A stretch of 63,639 nucleotides of DNA, filler included, from Reclinomonas americana ATCC 50394 (GCA_048213135.1; 14 parts of 14 records of this genome joined end to end with filler, not necessarily neighbours in it); one strand, 5' to 3'. Shown: positions 50,501 through 63,639, counted from the first letter of the whole stretch. Notes: generated from the sequence alone by a model not told the origin. Program-made: numbers and translations.

Positions 50501-51429
50501 TCGTGACCAATTGGACGATGGAGGTGAGGAAGAACGAGAAACAGAAGTGACGTGAATCGCTCACCTGCTCAGCGAGTGAGACACAAGAACACAGTCAGCG
50601 TAGCGTGTACTCGCTCCGCGTCATTGGTGCCGCACAAGGCGGGCAAGGAGAGATCTGAATGTGATGCTGGAGCGCGCCATTGCGAGGCACATGCACACAT
50701 CTCGTCGCCACGGCGCTCCGTCTCGCACAACAAGATGGACAGATGGTGCATGGCAGGCCTCACTCCCCTGCGACATGAGAGCGCATGTGTGAGCAACGAA
50801 AAAAGGCAGAGCAGCCGGCGCTCGTGTTGCACCACCACAAGCACACACCGATCGACAGAAAATGTGTGTGGGCATTCGAGCATTCAAGGGACACATCGAA
50901 GCAGCACCTGCTGCAGTACAGCATGTGGACCAGGCGAGTCGAAATGCGTCCCGCACCTGTCGCAGAAGTGGCATCATGCGTGTCAGTGCATGACCATGCT
51001 GGTCGCCGGCGCCCTCCCTTCAACCTCAAATCGCACACGATCCTCTTCTCTCTCTATCCACTCCTCTCACCGCTCCCGTCAACTCACCCCGCACGTGTGT
51101 ATCGTCGAACGCCACCAGCATCACCAGCTGCTGTGGAGGAGTGCGTGACGGTCAATCAACGCAGAGCCACCAACAGGAAGAACAAGATGCGCCACATTAA
51201 TTGCGAATCCGGCGGTGGCCGACGACTGGCTCACACGAGCTCCCATCGATATCACGCCGGCTGACAAGCGACGGTCGAATGGCACCGCTCTCACACAGAA
51301 TCATCGCCTGCAGGCGGAGAGCGCGATAAAGTGAGTGTGGGCGCAGAATTGGGCGAAGAAGGAGGGCGTAGAGAGTGAATCGGTGAATCTGAAGCGAGAG
51401 GGAGACAGAAGAAGCAACGGTGGCATGGC

Positions 51430-52049
51430 GGACAAGGGGGAGAGGGGGGAGAGGGGTACAGAGACAGGCAGAGTACAGGATGAAGACGGAAGGGGAGAGG
51501 GAAGATGCAAAGGAAGAGAAAGCAGGAAGTAGAAGAGAAGGAAGAGGCGTGAAGACGGAAGGGAAAGAGAAGACGAGAAGGAAGAGAAAGCAGAAAGCAG
51601 AAGAGAAGGGAGAGGCAGAGACAACAGAGCAATGATTCAATGAGGGTGAAGACGGAAGGGAAAGAGAAGACGAGAAGGAAGGGAAAGGGAAAGAGAAGGA
51701 AGAGAAAGAGACAACAACAGAGCGATGATTCAACGAGGGTGAAAAGGAGGGGAAAGGGAAGACGCGACGGAAGAGAGAGCGAAAGAGAAGGAAGAGGCAG
51801 AGACAACAACAGAGCGATGATTCAACGAGGGTGAAGACGGAAGGGAAAGGAAAGATGCGAAGGAAGAGAAAGCAGAAGCAGAATGAAGAGGCAGAGACAA
51901 CAACAGAGCAATGATTCAACGAGGGTGGAGAGGAGAGAGAGAGAGAGAGGCGACTGCATGAACGCACAGATGCACATCCATCTGTCACTCTGACCAGAGC
52001 CAAGGATGAGAAGGGAATTCGAAGGCAGAAAGAGAGAGAGGAGGAAGAA
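51430..52049. repeat. Purine-rich low-complexity tandem repeat
   Basis: Recurrent gtgaagacggaagggaaag..gagacaacaacagagc.atgattcaa. Confidence 0.8.
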
Positions 52050-52149
52050 NNNNNNNNNNNNNNNNNNNNNNNNNNNNNNNNNNNNNNNNNNNNTTAATTA
52101 ATTAANNNNNNNNNNNNNNNNNNNNNNNNNNNNNNNNNNNNNNNNNNNN

Positions 52150-55100
52150 TGTCTTTTCGCACATCAAGAGTCACTCGGACACGCAGATGCGCAACCTGGA
52201 CCGCAAGATTGTTGCGTCAACACTGACACACGCGCAGTTTCTCCGTCTCTCTTACAATGGGTGGGGGCACAGGCCGATTCGGTGATCCGGCAGCTGCAGA
52301 AAATGGCCGATGCCATGCGCAACGATGCTCTCTCGCGCGAGTGCGACGACTTCCGCCTGGATCTCATCTACCGGTGAACGCACGTGGTGAACGCCTGCGA
52401 GAAAATGTCATGCTGGCTGCCTGACTGATCGTGTGCGTGTGCGACGCAGGTACTTTTCGTCGGAGGCGTTGGATGTGCGCCTCGGCGGTCTGCAGCAGAT
52501 CCAGGACTTGCTGATTCACGTGTGTGCGCCGCCAAATCGACGCTCACCCAACCTTGGCTTCTCGTGGATGCAAAAAACCGAGTTGCGCAGTGTTGTCGCC
52601 AGCCACCGTGCTCTCTTCTGTGTCCGTCTCATTTATCTTTGGTGGTGCCGCGCGCAGCTTCCTCGTGCAGTGGATCAAGAGCAAGGACATTCTCGATCGC
52701 ATTTTTGACAGTGGCAATGCCGAGCTGGTGCGCCAAAGTGAACTCATTTGGCACTTCCTGGCCCGCGAGAAGGCCCTCACCCCCGAAGAGTACCGCACAC
52801 TGTGGTCGGCGTGCATTGTTGAGTATTTGTGGGGCAGCACGCAAGAGTCTTGTTCTGGCATGCTGACCGTGTGTGCCGCACCGCAGGAGAAACACCCGAG
52901 TGTGCAGCGCATCGCCTGCCGCCACGTCATTGGCATGATGAAGTTCCTGGGTGTGCCGGACGTGGAGCAATTCTTCGAGACCCGAGTGCGCGGCTTGCTG
53001 CAGGATCGTGTGCAGCTGGCCAAGCTCGACGCTTTCCATGTGGACTTTATGGTCGACTACACCAGGGCGGCCCTCGAGAAGTCCTCCAATGTTACGACTG
53101 CACAAGGGGGGAAAGCACGTCTCGTGTGTGCGCGCGTGTGCTTAGTGGTGCACGCAGATTCGTGATCGCGACCGCCAGCATTGGTACGCCTACGACTTGC
53201 TGTGGGATTTGGTGCAGGATGGCACGTGCGAGCCCATTGCTCCGAAAGTGTGCCGCTACGCCTTTGACGCGTTGCGCGGTCTGCTGGTCGACCCGGCGGG
53301 CGAGTATCGCCGAGTCACCATTCTCGAAAAGTGCATGGTCAACCTGCAACAGAAGCGTACCATGACGCGGTCGATGAAGATGACTACGGCCATCATTGGT
53401 ACATTTTTCCTCTCTCTCCATCCTTTTACCTCTCTGCGTGCTCACTTCTCTAACACAGAGACATATCCGGCCAGCAAGCGTCGGAGACGCGGTACTGCCG
53501 TGACGGTGGTGGAGCAGTTGCAGTTGAAGTACAATGTGTTGAACGAGTTCTTTGCGGACCTGGAGGCGTTCGGGGCCCGTCTCGCCCGCCAGAGGCTCGA
53601 GCCGGATCAGGAAGCCGATGGGGTTTGTCACAATTGATTGCGCACGCTCGCCGTACTCGGGTGTGCTCACTGCCCGCCGCAGGAGTTCACTGCGGAGGAG
53701 GAGATTGAGATCCGCCTCGTGTTCCTCGAGAATCTCGTGATGAGCTCCGGCCTCATCCTCACTTACGACAAGCTGCGCGACATTTGGCGCAGCCTGTACG
53801 TGCACGCCGTTTCGCCGCGTGCACGTGAGATCACGGTCTTGTGGATCCTCAAGTGCCGCGCAGCGGCCAAGGACGGCGTGTTGGCCTTCCCGGAAGATGC
53901 GCTGGTTCGCTTCTTTGAGGAGGAGTTGTGCAGCGACGACTACGCCAGTACTGTGGAATCGCTGGCTGCGCTGGAGCTGTTCGAGTCTCTGTTCGTCGAC
54001 TTGAATGTGAAGAATAAGTCGGTGACGCAGGAGAAGATGGGCGACGTGGAGGACACGTCGCTGCTCCCCGACGACATGGATCCTGGTGAGCTGGCGCATG
54101 CGCGCGCTCGCCTGGTTGTTGAGTTGCTGATTGATGATGATGTGTGTGTCAGATGAATTGGTCATTGTCGTGCACCGTGGCGGCGACATTCGCGGCGTGG
54201 ATGCGCTGTGGAAGGTGGTGCTGCGGTCGCCGTCGGATCAGGTGGCGGCCAAGGCCATGGATCTGCTGCATGCCACTCGCTTCCATGTTCGTGACGCTGT
54301 GCCCTCTTTTTCCTTGCCATTGCTTGCTTGCTCACTGTAGTGACGGATGTAGTTTGCTCCGGGCATGGAGCGCCACGCGGCTTCAATGCGCGAAGAGTTT
54401 GTCGACATGTGCATTGAGCGGCTGCACCGTTGCGTGCATTCGTCCGCGGAGGACGGTGATGTGCCGATGCGACGGTGCTCGATTGTGCTGCGAGTTGCGT
54501 GCCTCGATCATGTGCTTATCGTCGAAGGCGGGGGTGTTCACTTTGCTGCTTTCGTTGCCCATCCCAGCGCTTCATTGCCAAGTTTGGCGAGTATCCGGCT
54601 CGCCACGGTGCCACCATGTCCGGTGCGGTGACGCGTGCAGTATCCCGCCTCGCAGTCTTGTTCATTTGCGTCTCTCTATTGACGTTGGGGTGGTGTGCAG
54701 GAGTCGGCATTGTGCTGCGTGCCGTCATTGTGTCCGAGGCCGAAACTGCGCACGTGGAAAAGTCTGTCGAGTACCGCGTCGTGGCCAAGCCGCAGAGCAC
54801 CGTCGGCGGTACGTCATTTTACGTGCACGAGTTGTCGGACTTCTTTTTGACAGCGATGACAAACAGATTTGCGCCGGAGCATTGGTTCGCGCATTCAGCG
54901 ACCTGCACAGAATCTGCGTCTCATTAGCCATGGTGAGGAGCTGAAGGACGACGGCGTGCTGCTGTCCACGGCGCAGCTGCAGGACCGACAGATTCTGTGG
55001 GTGTCCGTGCGAGAGATCAAGGTTTGGCACCGTGCTCGCCTTCTCCTCTGTGTTGTTGTTGTGCACTGACGCACTCGCGCTCGCAGGACGCCGTCCTTGA

Positions 55101-55364
55101 CACACTCCAATTCCACCTGCGCGCATTCGGTCTGGAGAAATTTGCCAGCATGGCGCGGGAGCGCACTATGCGTTTCCGACCAGAGGCCTCTCTCGGGGCG
55201 GAGCCTTCGGTGGAGGCGCGCTTTGCGTTGGACACGGTGGCGGTGCGTTTGGTGTCAGTGTCTTCAAATATTGCACCATGCGCGACAGCTCATGTCTTTG
55301 TGTGTGTTTGTCGCGACAGGTCGATGAACAACAGCGACGCAGCGATCAAGTGTTTGCGCGGCCG
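52150..55364 (+). CDS. Partial multi-exon gene resembling the N-terminal helical and Ubl region of USP9X/USP24/USP34-type deubiquitinases (no catalytic domain seen)
   Basis: FRLDLIYR|YFSSEALDVRLGGLQQI, FLVQWIKSKDILDRIFDSGNAELVRQS..FL..TLWS, WYAYDLLWDLVQD, IRGVDALWKVVL and Ubl-like NLRLISHGEELKDDGVLLSTAQL. Both ends lie at spacers. Confidence 0.6.
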
Positions 55365-55464
55365 NNNNNNNNNNNNNNNNNNNNNNNNNNNNNNNNNNNN
55401 NNNNNNNNTTAATTAATTAANNNNNNNNNNNNNNNNNNNNNNNNNNNNNNNNNNNNNNNNNNNN

Positions 55465-56882
55465 TTTGCCCAGCGAGTACTCGACTGCTGTGACGGATCT
55501 GTTGCGTATGCTGCTGCTCGTTAGTTATGCAGATGTATGCTCACAGTCGTGCGACAGCGACGATGTGTTTGAGTCGGTGGTTGTGGAGTTCCGCAACGGA
55601 CTGGTGACCTTCCCGGTGCACACCATTGGCGAGTTCTCACGCTACGCGGACTGCGACTCGGCGGTGAGCTTGTCGGCCACCAATGCGGCGGGCTGGAAAG
55701 TGCGCACCAATCGCCTCATCAACCAGGTTCAGCGTGTGTGTCCGTCAGTCAAGTGTGCGATGTGTGTCGTCTTCCTCATGCGCTTCGACAGTTGGATCAA
55801 ACGGCGTATCGCATGGTGCGTGAGGCAGCGAAGATTGCGCTGGTGCGCTGTGAACCGCTGGTGGTGCCGGTGGAGGGAGCGGAGACGCCGCCGGATGATT
55901 TGTTGTCGCGCTCCGACACGAGCGTGTCGGCCATCTCCAACATGATGTGCGAGGAGATTGAGGGCATTGGCCCTGCATATGCACGCAGTTTGGCTCTCAG
56001 TGGCTACCTCACGGTCGGGCACATTTGCATGGCGCTCCGAGAGAAGAGTGCGGTGGACATTGCGAACGAGGCACTGGCCTCCTCCGGCGGTTTCGGGTGG
56101 TACGAGCGCAGCAACACGCACGCCACGATGATGGCCAAGGCCATCAGTCGGAATGTGGACAAGCTGCTGGCGAAGCACAAGGTGACGCTCGAACAGCTGG
56201 AGGATCGACTGCGTCCACTGCCGGTGCCTGTGCCGTCGCAGTATCGCAAGTACTTTTACGATCGCTTCTGTGCCGGCTTTCACCACGAACTGACACCTGT
56301 GAGGCTTGACAGTCGCAGTGTAGGAGAGAAAGTAGAGGTGATGCTCATTGCTGTGCATGTGGAACTGCAGGATCAATCCAAGTGCATCGACGAGGTGCTG
56401 AATGACATGGCGTCCGGGCGACCCATGCAGAGATTACTGGTTGGTGACGTCGGTTTTGGCAAGACCGAAATTGCTCTCCGTGCCGCCGCCGTGGCAGTGC
56501 TCAACGGCAAGCAGGTACTCCCTCGACAGGCAGTTCCCTTGTGCTTGGCGTTTTTCCCCGTCGAGTGTGTATTCATCGGAGTTTCCCCTCAGGTGATCGT
56601 GCTAGCACCGACCACACTACTGTGTCGACAGCACTACCAGGTGTTTACGGAGAGGTTTGCGCGCATCTCGCCCTCCATTCGTGTCGGACAGCTGTCGCGT
56701 TTTGCCACCAAGACGGAGCAGCTGCGACTGCGACGGTCACTGGAGGTGTGTAAAACTGCTTTGTGTTTCTGTCGCCACTGATGGGTCCCTCACGCGATGC
56801 TGTCTGTGTGCGCAGAATGGTCACACACATGTCGTGATTGGTACGCACTCATTGGTGCGTGCACGCATCGGATTTCAGAACT

Positions 56883-56916
<34 letters not shown>

Positions 56917-58772
56917 TGGCGTGCTGCAAAAAGAGCGCTTCCGAGGTCAGGCTGTGTTTGTTTTTCATTGTCGTCTCTGCACTCCCCGTGATGACAGTGC
57001 GAGGTGCATGTAGATTTGCGTCTCGACGTGCACGAGCTGACAATGACGGCCACGCCCATTCCACGCACACTGGAGATGGCGTTTCAGGGTCTGCGCTCTC
57101 TCTCAGTGATCAGCACGGCGCCGGTCGACAGAAGACCCATTCAGAACATTGTCACGCCGTGGAGCTCGGATGTGCGTACCTGGTGAACGGAGCATTGCAC
57201 TGATCCACGATAACAGACCACATCTCCTGCAGGTTTTGAAACGCGCCCTCGAATACGAATTCAGCCGCGGTGGCCAGTCATTTGTGGTCACGCCTCGCAT
57301 CGCACACACGGCGGAACTGATGGAAGTTTAGTCCGTGTGTGATGCCGATCACGCTCTGCATCCTCCCTCACGCAGTCGTGCAGGAGGTCACGACGCTGGT
57401 TCCCAACGCCCGTGTCGGTTGCGCGCATGGCTCTCTCCGACCGGCACAGCTCGCCGATACGGTCTCCAAGTTTGTCGACGGCGAGCTCGATGTGCTGGTG
57501 TGCACGCCGATTATCGAGAGCGGTCTGCACATTCCCAACGCGAACACCATTGTGGTGCATCGACCGGATCTGTTTGGTCTCGCGCAGCTGCACCAACTGC
57601 GTGGACGAGTTGGTTAGTTTGTCAAGCGACTCTTAGTTTCTCTCTCTTCTCCCTCCCTCACTGACCGCGTTGTCCCTTGCAGGTCGCAGTTCCATTCAAG
57701 CCTACTCGTACCTGCTCACCGATCCAGCCAAGATGCAACATGAAAAGTCGGGCCGGTCTCTCATGGTACGCCTGCGCTGTCGCCGTCACGCATGCGAGAG
57801 CACTTAACTGATGTGGGGAACGAACTGCAGACACTAAAAGCCATGACTCGCCTGGGTGATGGCTTTCAGCTGGCCAACTTGGATTTGCACATTCGAGGCG
57901 CCGGCAATCTCCTCGGCCTCGGTCAGACTGGCGAGCGCGTAGCAGGTGATCGCTTGTACAAGCAGTTGCTGCAGGCGGCACTGCGAAAGGCCCGCAGTTC
58001 GTACGAGACCAATGTCGTGCTGCAGCAAAAACTGCAGGAGGAGATTGAAGAGTTGCGTATTCTTTTTTTGTCGTGGTTGTTGTGTGTTTGCGCCGTGCTG
58101 ATGAATTGTGTGTGCTGCAGCAACTTTCGAGAGGCGCGCTCCTCCGATGTGGACTTTATCTCCAAGCATCGCTACGGAGACGGGCGCCCGCGACCGGCCA
58201 CGACACACGGTCGCATTCTGCCGTCCATTGACTACGATTCGGCACGCATGCGGTCGGTCATGCTCGGTGGCGGCGATGGCGCTGAAGGGCCAGGTGGCGC
58301 TGGTGTGGAGGACTTTGAGGGCGCCGTGGACGGCGTGCGGCGAAGCGAGAGCTTGGCCGGCGACGAGGACGAAGTGGACGACGACGGCGAGTGGGGTTTG
58401 GAGGATGTCGATGACATGGAGGACCAGGTGGAGGATGCGGAGAGCGAGGGAGTCGGTGCCGCGGAGAGCGATCCGGGAGTTTTTGATGCCGAGTTGGGCC
58501 ACGTAGTGACGCGACCGGTGGCCGCCGTCATGTTCCAACCGGACTTTCTCGAGTACCTGCCCGAGTTGCACGATGTGCGAGAGTCGGTCGCGGCCGTGGA
58601 GGCCTCGATGAAACATGCTCGCCAGAGTCGTGCGGAGCGGCAGTCGCTGTTCACGCAAGTGATTGCCGATGTGGCGTCGGATGCGAAAGACAATAACGGG
58701 GACGAGGTGCGTGCGCTCGTGCTTACTTGCCTGCAAAAGTGCATGTGTGTGCTAAAGGGCTTGAATTCCTTT
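55465..58772 (+). CDS. mfd: Mfd/TRCF-like SF2 DNA translocase with spliceosomal introns (partial)
   Basis: [91 protein letters not shown] and [20 protein letters not shown] CarD/RID-like segment lies upstream. Confidence 0.85.
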
Positions 58773-58872
58773 NNNNNNNNNNNNNNNNNNNNNNNNNNNN
58801 NNNNNNNNNNNNNNNNTTAATTAATTAANNNNNNNNNNNNNNNNNNNNNNNNNNNNNNNNNNNNNNNNNNNN

Positions 58873-59334
58873 GTCGTCGTCATCGTCGTCGTTGGGTTTG
58901 CGAGCCCGACGAGCTCGTCGTTTCTTTGGTTGCGGCACCTGCGGTCGCACCGGCTGCGCTGCTGCAGGCGGACGCCGATCCTTCACCTGACCCACTCGCC
59001 CACCCGGCGTGTGGTCCTCAAACAACAACAGCGTCCCCAGTGTTCCACGCAGTGGTCCACCCACACCACGCATGGGCTCCGCACCACCACCCTCTGCCGC
59101 CGGTCGCACCAACACAATCCACTCTCCACTGTGCTCATCACCAGTGCCACGCACCACCGTCACACGCTGACCCGCCAGTGAGCCAGGCGCGTCGGAGAAC
59201 GGCACAGTCACATACTCAGTCTCCCATTGCTCATCTTCGTCTTCCTCTTCCCCCTCTTCCTCATCGTCCTCGTCGTCCTCCTCCTCTCCGTCTCTCTCTT
59301 CCTCCTCTTCTTCCACGTGGTCCTCTTGTTCCAT
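58873..59334 (-). CDS. Small acidic protein, 3' end in gap; weak resemblance to the TFIIIC subunit 6 (GTF3C6) domain
   Basis: ATG at 59334 gives MEQEDH, an acidic run, WETEYVTVPF...GTLGTLLLFED and a basic KKRRARR stretch. The family call is tentative. Confidence 0.4.
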
Positions 59335-59417
59335 GTGTGCGTGTGTGAGAAAGGGCGCGAGCGGCCGCGAGCGACTGCAATTTCGTTCAATCACGAAGAC
59401 ACGTGACACCTGTGCGA

Positions 59418-61683
59418 ATGGTGGTCTTGTCTGCGGCCGTGTGCACCAAGGACGGCAAGGGTGAGTGAGCAGTGTGCTTCTGTCTCTTGCGTGTGCGCGC
59501 GTGCGTGCGTGCTGGTGTGTGTGCGCGACATTTTCGCGCCATGACCGCGCGCTCACTCTTTTCCTCCTTGTCGTCGCTGCATGTCCAGTGCTGTTGAGTC
59601 GGCAGTTTGTGGAGATGACTCGTGCACGCATTGAGAGTCTGCTCTCTGCGTTTCCCAAGTTGATTGATGGGGTCGGCGCCGAGCGACAGCATGCAGCCAG
59701 GTATCATCCTTCTTCTATCGCTTCCTCCTCCACTCGTCTCACCTCGCACCAGTGGCAGTGGTGCTCCCAGCTCTGGCGTGCCTCACCGACAGCACACGTA
59801 CGTGGAGACAGAGACTGTGCGGTACTTGTACCAGCCACTCGACACGTTGATGGTGCTGCTGATCACCAATCTCTCGTCGAACATCATCGAGGACCTCGAC
59901 ACACTGCGCCTACTGGCACGACTGGTGCGTGTGTGTAGAGAGAGGGAGAGTCTGCTATGCTGCGGTCTCACACACTCACTGTCTGTGCGTGTGTGTCGTG
60001 GCAGATTCGTGAAAAGTGCCAGTCGCTGGAGGAGCGCGATGTGACCGAGTGTGCGTTGGACTTGATCTTTGGCTTTGACGAGGCCGTGTCGATGGGCTAC
60101 CGCGAGTACCTGTCGCTGGAGCAGGTGGCCACCATTCTCGAGGCCGATTCACAAGAGGAGCGCATGTTCAAGGCCCGCAAGGAGGTGTGTTGTTGACGAA
60201 CACGTGTTTCCTCTTCACAACAACCACCACGTGTGAGCCTGACTTTTGTGTGCTTGCTGCAGAGCCGTATGCGCGATGCAGAGGCAGAGATGCAGCGGCA
60301 ACAGAAGCGCATCGAGCAGGAGAAGAAGACCAACATGGGCCGCATGGGGCGCGGCATCTCCTCGGCGGATGCACGCACCGGTATCGGCAGCAACACGGGC
60401 GGCGGCAACACCGACTTTACGTACACACCAAAGGCGTCGGCGTCGTCGGGCATCTCGTCCGCCACCTACAAGCCGGAGGCGGCAAGTGGCAGTGCTGCGT
60501 CGTCCGGCGCTGGTGCGTCGGGAGCGTCGTCGGCAGGAGCGACTTCCGGTGGCCGCAAGGGCATGCGCCTCGGCGGCAAGCGTGACGATTCGTCGACACT
60601 GCTGGCACAAGTGGCGCGGGAAGGCGAGAACATCTCGTTCGGTGGCGATGCCCCTGCGGGTGGTGGTGCTTCATCAACGGTCGGTCACAGCGCAGCAGAA
60701 CTGGCTGCAGGCATTGGTGGCGGCGACAGCGCCGGACCGTTGCGTTTTTTCATTGTCAAACCCATCATCATGCGTGCAGCGCGTACTCATGTCGATTGTC
60801 TCTCTGTGTGTGATGATGCAGAGTGCACATTGTTATCGAAGAGTCGCTGTCGGCTGCGCTGGAGCAAGATGGCACATTTGAGAGCGCCGAAATCAAGGGC
60901 TCTCTGAACATTCGCATCAGTGATCCGCAATACGCCGCCATTCGTGTGCAGATTGACGCCTCGAGCTGCCCGTTCAGCCTGCAGGCATTCCCTGGCTGCA
61001 ACAAGGAGCTGTTTGCGAGCGACGGCGTGCTGTGCAACAAGGATCAGACCAAGCCATTCGCCACTGGCAAGCAAGTACAGTTGGCCAGGTGGCGCATGAC
61101 TACGCGCGACGATCCAAACGTGCTACCTGTCACTTGTGCGTCTGCGCGTGGCTTTCGAGGATTCCGCCACCATTTGTGCTGACTTTGTGTGTGCGTGTGC
61201 ATGACAGTCGAGTGCTGGTTCACCAACGACGGCGGCGAGTTGAGTGTGACGTTGGAGTACCACATTTCCAGCGGCGTGATGCTCGACGAGCTGAATGTCG
61301 CCATTCCGTTGCGTCTTTGTTGTCGCTGCTGGTAGGTACCTCTGCGACGCTGTCCCTCACGCATGCACGCGCAACACACACGCAGAGTCGGCGGTGCACC
61401 GAGCACATGCGACACGGAGCAGGGAGCTGCGGCACTTGAGGGCGCCTTTGTCATGTGGCGCGTGGGTCGAGTAGGCGGCCAGTTCGGAAACACAAATGGC
61501 ACACTGGAGTTGGTGGCGCCATCACCACCGGCGCAGCGCGACCCGATTGCCGTGCAAATCATCTCATCTCGTGTGCTGGCCAATATCCGCGTGCTGGATG
61601 TCACGTCGATCGAGAATGGTGCGCCTGTAGAATTCTCGCAAGAACAACGGCTAGTCACCGAGGCCTTCACAATCGGTGCATGA
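59418..61683 (+). CDS. ARCN1: Coatomer subunit delta (delta-COP), multi-exon
   Basis: [86 protein letters not shown] and GMRLG, then a C-terminal mu-homology domain. Confidence 0.95.
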
Positions 61684-63551
61684 TTTGTCGATCAGTCGTG
61701 GTGTCTCTCGCTGTACTCTTGTGCGCGGAAACGAGATGTCTGTTTGTCATGTGGGGCGCGGGTGAGAAGTGTATGCAGCGGATGGGAGTTGGTGTTGCGA
61801 TGTATCACTATACACTTTTTTCTTCTCTCACCACACTTGCGTGGATGAAGCCAAACAAACAACAATATTTTCTCGTTTTCCTGTTCTTTTTTTACGTCGG
61901 CAGTGCCGACCCTCTGCGTTCGGAAAACAGTGGTGATTGTGCCACCTACAGAAGAATTCATGAGGCATGGGGAGAACAAACGGAACAGAGCAAAAGGAGA
62001 AATAGCAAACCAGTGCAGGCAACTCTCGGTCCTCGGCTTCGGNNNNNNNNNNNNNNNNNNNNNNNNNNNNNNNNNNNNNNNNNNNNTTAATTAATTAANN
62101 NNNNNNNNNNNNNNNNNNNNNNNNNNNNNNNNNNNNNNNNNNTATATGGTGTGCGCGGTGACAATGGCACTCGATGATGATCATGCAGCGAGTTGAATGC
62201 GAATGTGAAAGAGAAGGGAGAGAGTGAGGCAACGTATGACGTTGTTTTGATAGATAAGGTGTTTGCTAGTGTTGTTGTTTTTGTGTGCACGTGTGATTGC
62301 AAATTGGATGAGTGCATGTTTGTGTAGGTGCATGTGTGTATGCATGAATGGATATATGTGGATAACTGACTTGCATTTGGCGCGACGACAACGGCGACAA
62401 ATGTATGATCATTCAGGGTGTGGAGTACGCGTGTGCATGTGACGAAGAGAAAGGGGAGAGCAAGACGGAAAGTGAAGAAGAGAAAGCCAAAGCTGTTATT
62501 CCGTGTGAACGAAGATACAGTATAGTGAGAGTTAGAGTCCACTGTTTGTGTGCGTTCGTGCGTGTTGTTATCGGCGTTGTTGTTGTTTTTGTGTCTTCGT
62601 TTTACAGCTTACTGCAGTAGCTGAGTTGAGTTATGCTTGTGTTCCGGTATGTGTATGATGAGAGAGTGCGAGAGTCAGTATCTCCTTTCACGTATGTGAA
62701 TGCGTATGTACGTGTTCTGAGAACAGTGCAGATATCTCGCGCTGTTGTTGTCGTTTTCGCGTCTATTTTTTTACCGGGATGTAGGTGCTTGGTGTGCATG
62801 TGAGTGTGTGATGTCCCCGACTGACTGTGCATTTGGCTCGTATGTAATCGACGACGTTGGTATCGGTATATACTGATGCAGGAGGTCTGTGTTGTAATAT
62901 AACGCTTTGCCAGGAGTTGAATGCCACGTACAGTTGACTGACTGATTGTGTGGTCTGCCATTGTGTGACTGCGATTCTCATCTGGAGCAGTCGGTGAGCT
63001 TTCTTGTTTGTGGAGCGTCTGCTTATTATTGATTTTTGCGATTCTGGTGAGTGAGTGTTTATGTTAGGTCGACTGAACTTTCACGAGTCTTATGCCTCAC
63101 CAATTCACTTCGGTGCAGTGCAAAGCATGCATGAGGCAATTTTCGGTTGCTGTGCGGACTGCGGTGCGTGATATCAAGTGTTCGCGAGGAGAGAGATTGT
63201 GTGTTGATCTTTACTGCCGGTCGGTGTCATGACATGATCGCTAAAACTTGTTGTTAACTTATTCTTCTTGTGTTGTGCGTTCTTCAAAGTAGGCGAGAAG
63301 AAATGCAGTCACTGGATATCTATGCGCTCATTCATTGTTTTGTTTTGTTCTGCACCAGGTGTCTGCTGCTGCTCTTTTTGCTGGTATTGTTTGAATGGAA
63401 AGCTGCTGATTTTTTCGGGTGTTAAGTGTGTCTCAATCTGTTGTGTGCTACCGTTTCGTAGCTGCCCTTGTCAACTTGGCCGCAACGACCACGGTAGGAT
63501 ACGCATTGATTGACGTACTCACACACGCACATGGATCAGAGAGTTTGACGG

Positions 63552-63639
63552 AGGGTGGAGGGAGGGAGGGAGGGAGGGAGGGAGGGAGGGAGGGAGGGAG
63601 GGAAGGAGGGAGGGAGGAGGAGGGAAGGAGGGAGGGAGG
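63552..63639. repeat. (GGGA)n simple repeat
   Basis: Seen directly. Confidence 0.9.

Noticed and set aside
50550..51330. Possible exons between purine-rich repeats
   Set aside because: The sequence is complex and has some splice-like signals, but I could not assemble a consistent frame or recognise a domain.
55465..58772. Bacterial contamination explaining mfd
   Set aside because: The gene is interrupted by spliceosomal-type introns like those of its neighbours.
5948..62142. Recurrent TTAATTAATTAA motif as a biological repeat or recombination site
   Set aside because: Always centred in 44+44 Ns and encodes six-frame stops, so it is an assembly spacer.
62143..63639. Short ORFs in the last contig
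   Set aside because: Lower-GC, GT-rich, low-complexity sequence without coding signatures.

Overview
Eukaryotic, GC-rich, intron-rich DNA from a probable protist (taxon not determinable), read with the standard genetic code. It is a draft assembly with 13 artificial 100-bp spacers (N44-TTAATTAATTAA-N44). Several genes continue sensibly across these spacers, so many look like ordered scaffold gaps, but adjacency across them is unproven. Positions 1-9.3 kb hold a large multi-exon surface receptor (GGA/FxxN beta-helix repeats, a Cys-rich region and a multi-pass membrane domain). Positions 9.4-49.3 kb look like an immune-type island. Two plus-strand NLR-like NACHT-pentapeptide-WD40 genes, one with a ubiquitin-like exon and an intact RxxxxH HEPN-like domain, are flanked on both sides by minus-strand tandem arrays of about 11 small WD40-only genes. 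These genes use the same 42-aa repeat framework as the NLR sensors, vary at predicted binding-face positions, start with a 12-nt M(A/T)TK micro-exon, and end in one of two conserved tails. A ricin-type lectin and a Cys-rich repeat ORF lie inside the island. Positions 52-61.7 kb hold a USP9X/24/34-like fragment, an intron-containing Mfd/TRCF-like helicase, a small acidic ORF and coatomer delta. All domain calls are by motif recognition only; no searches were run.
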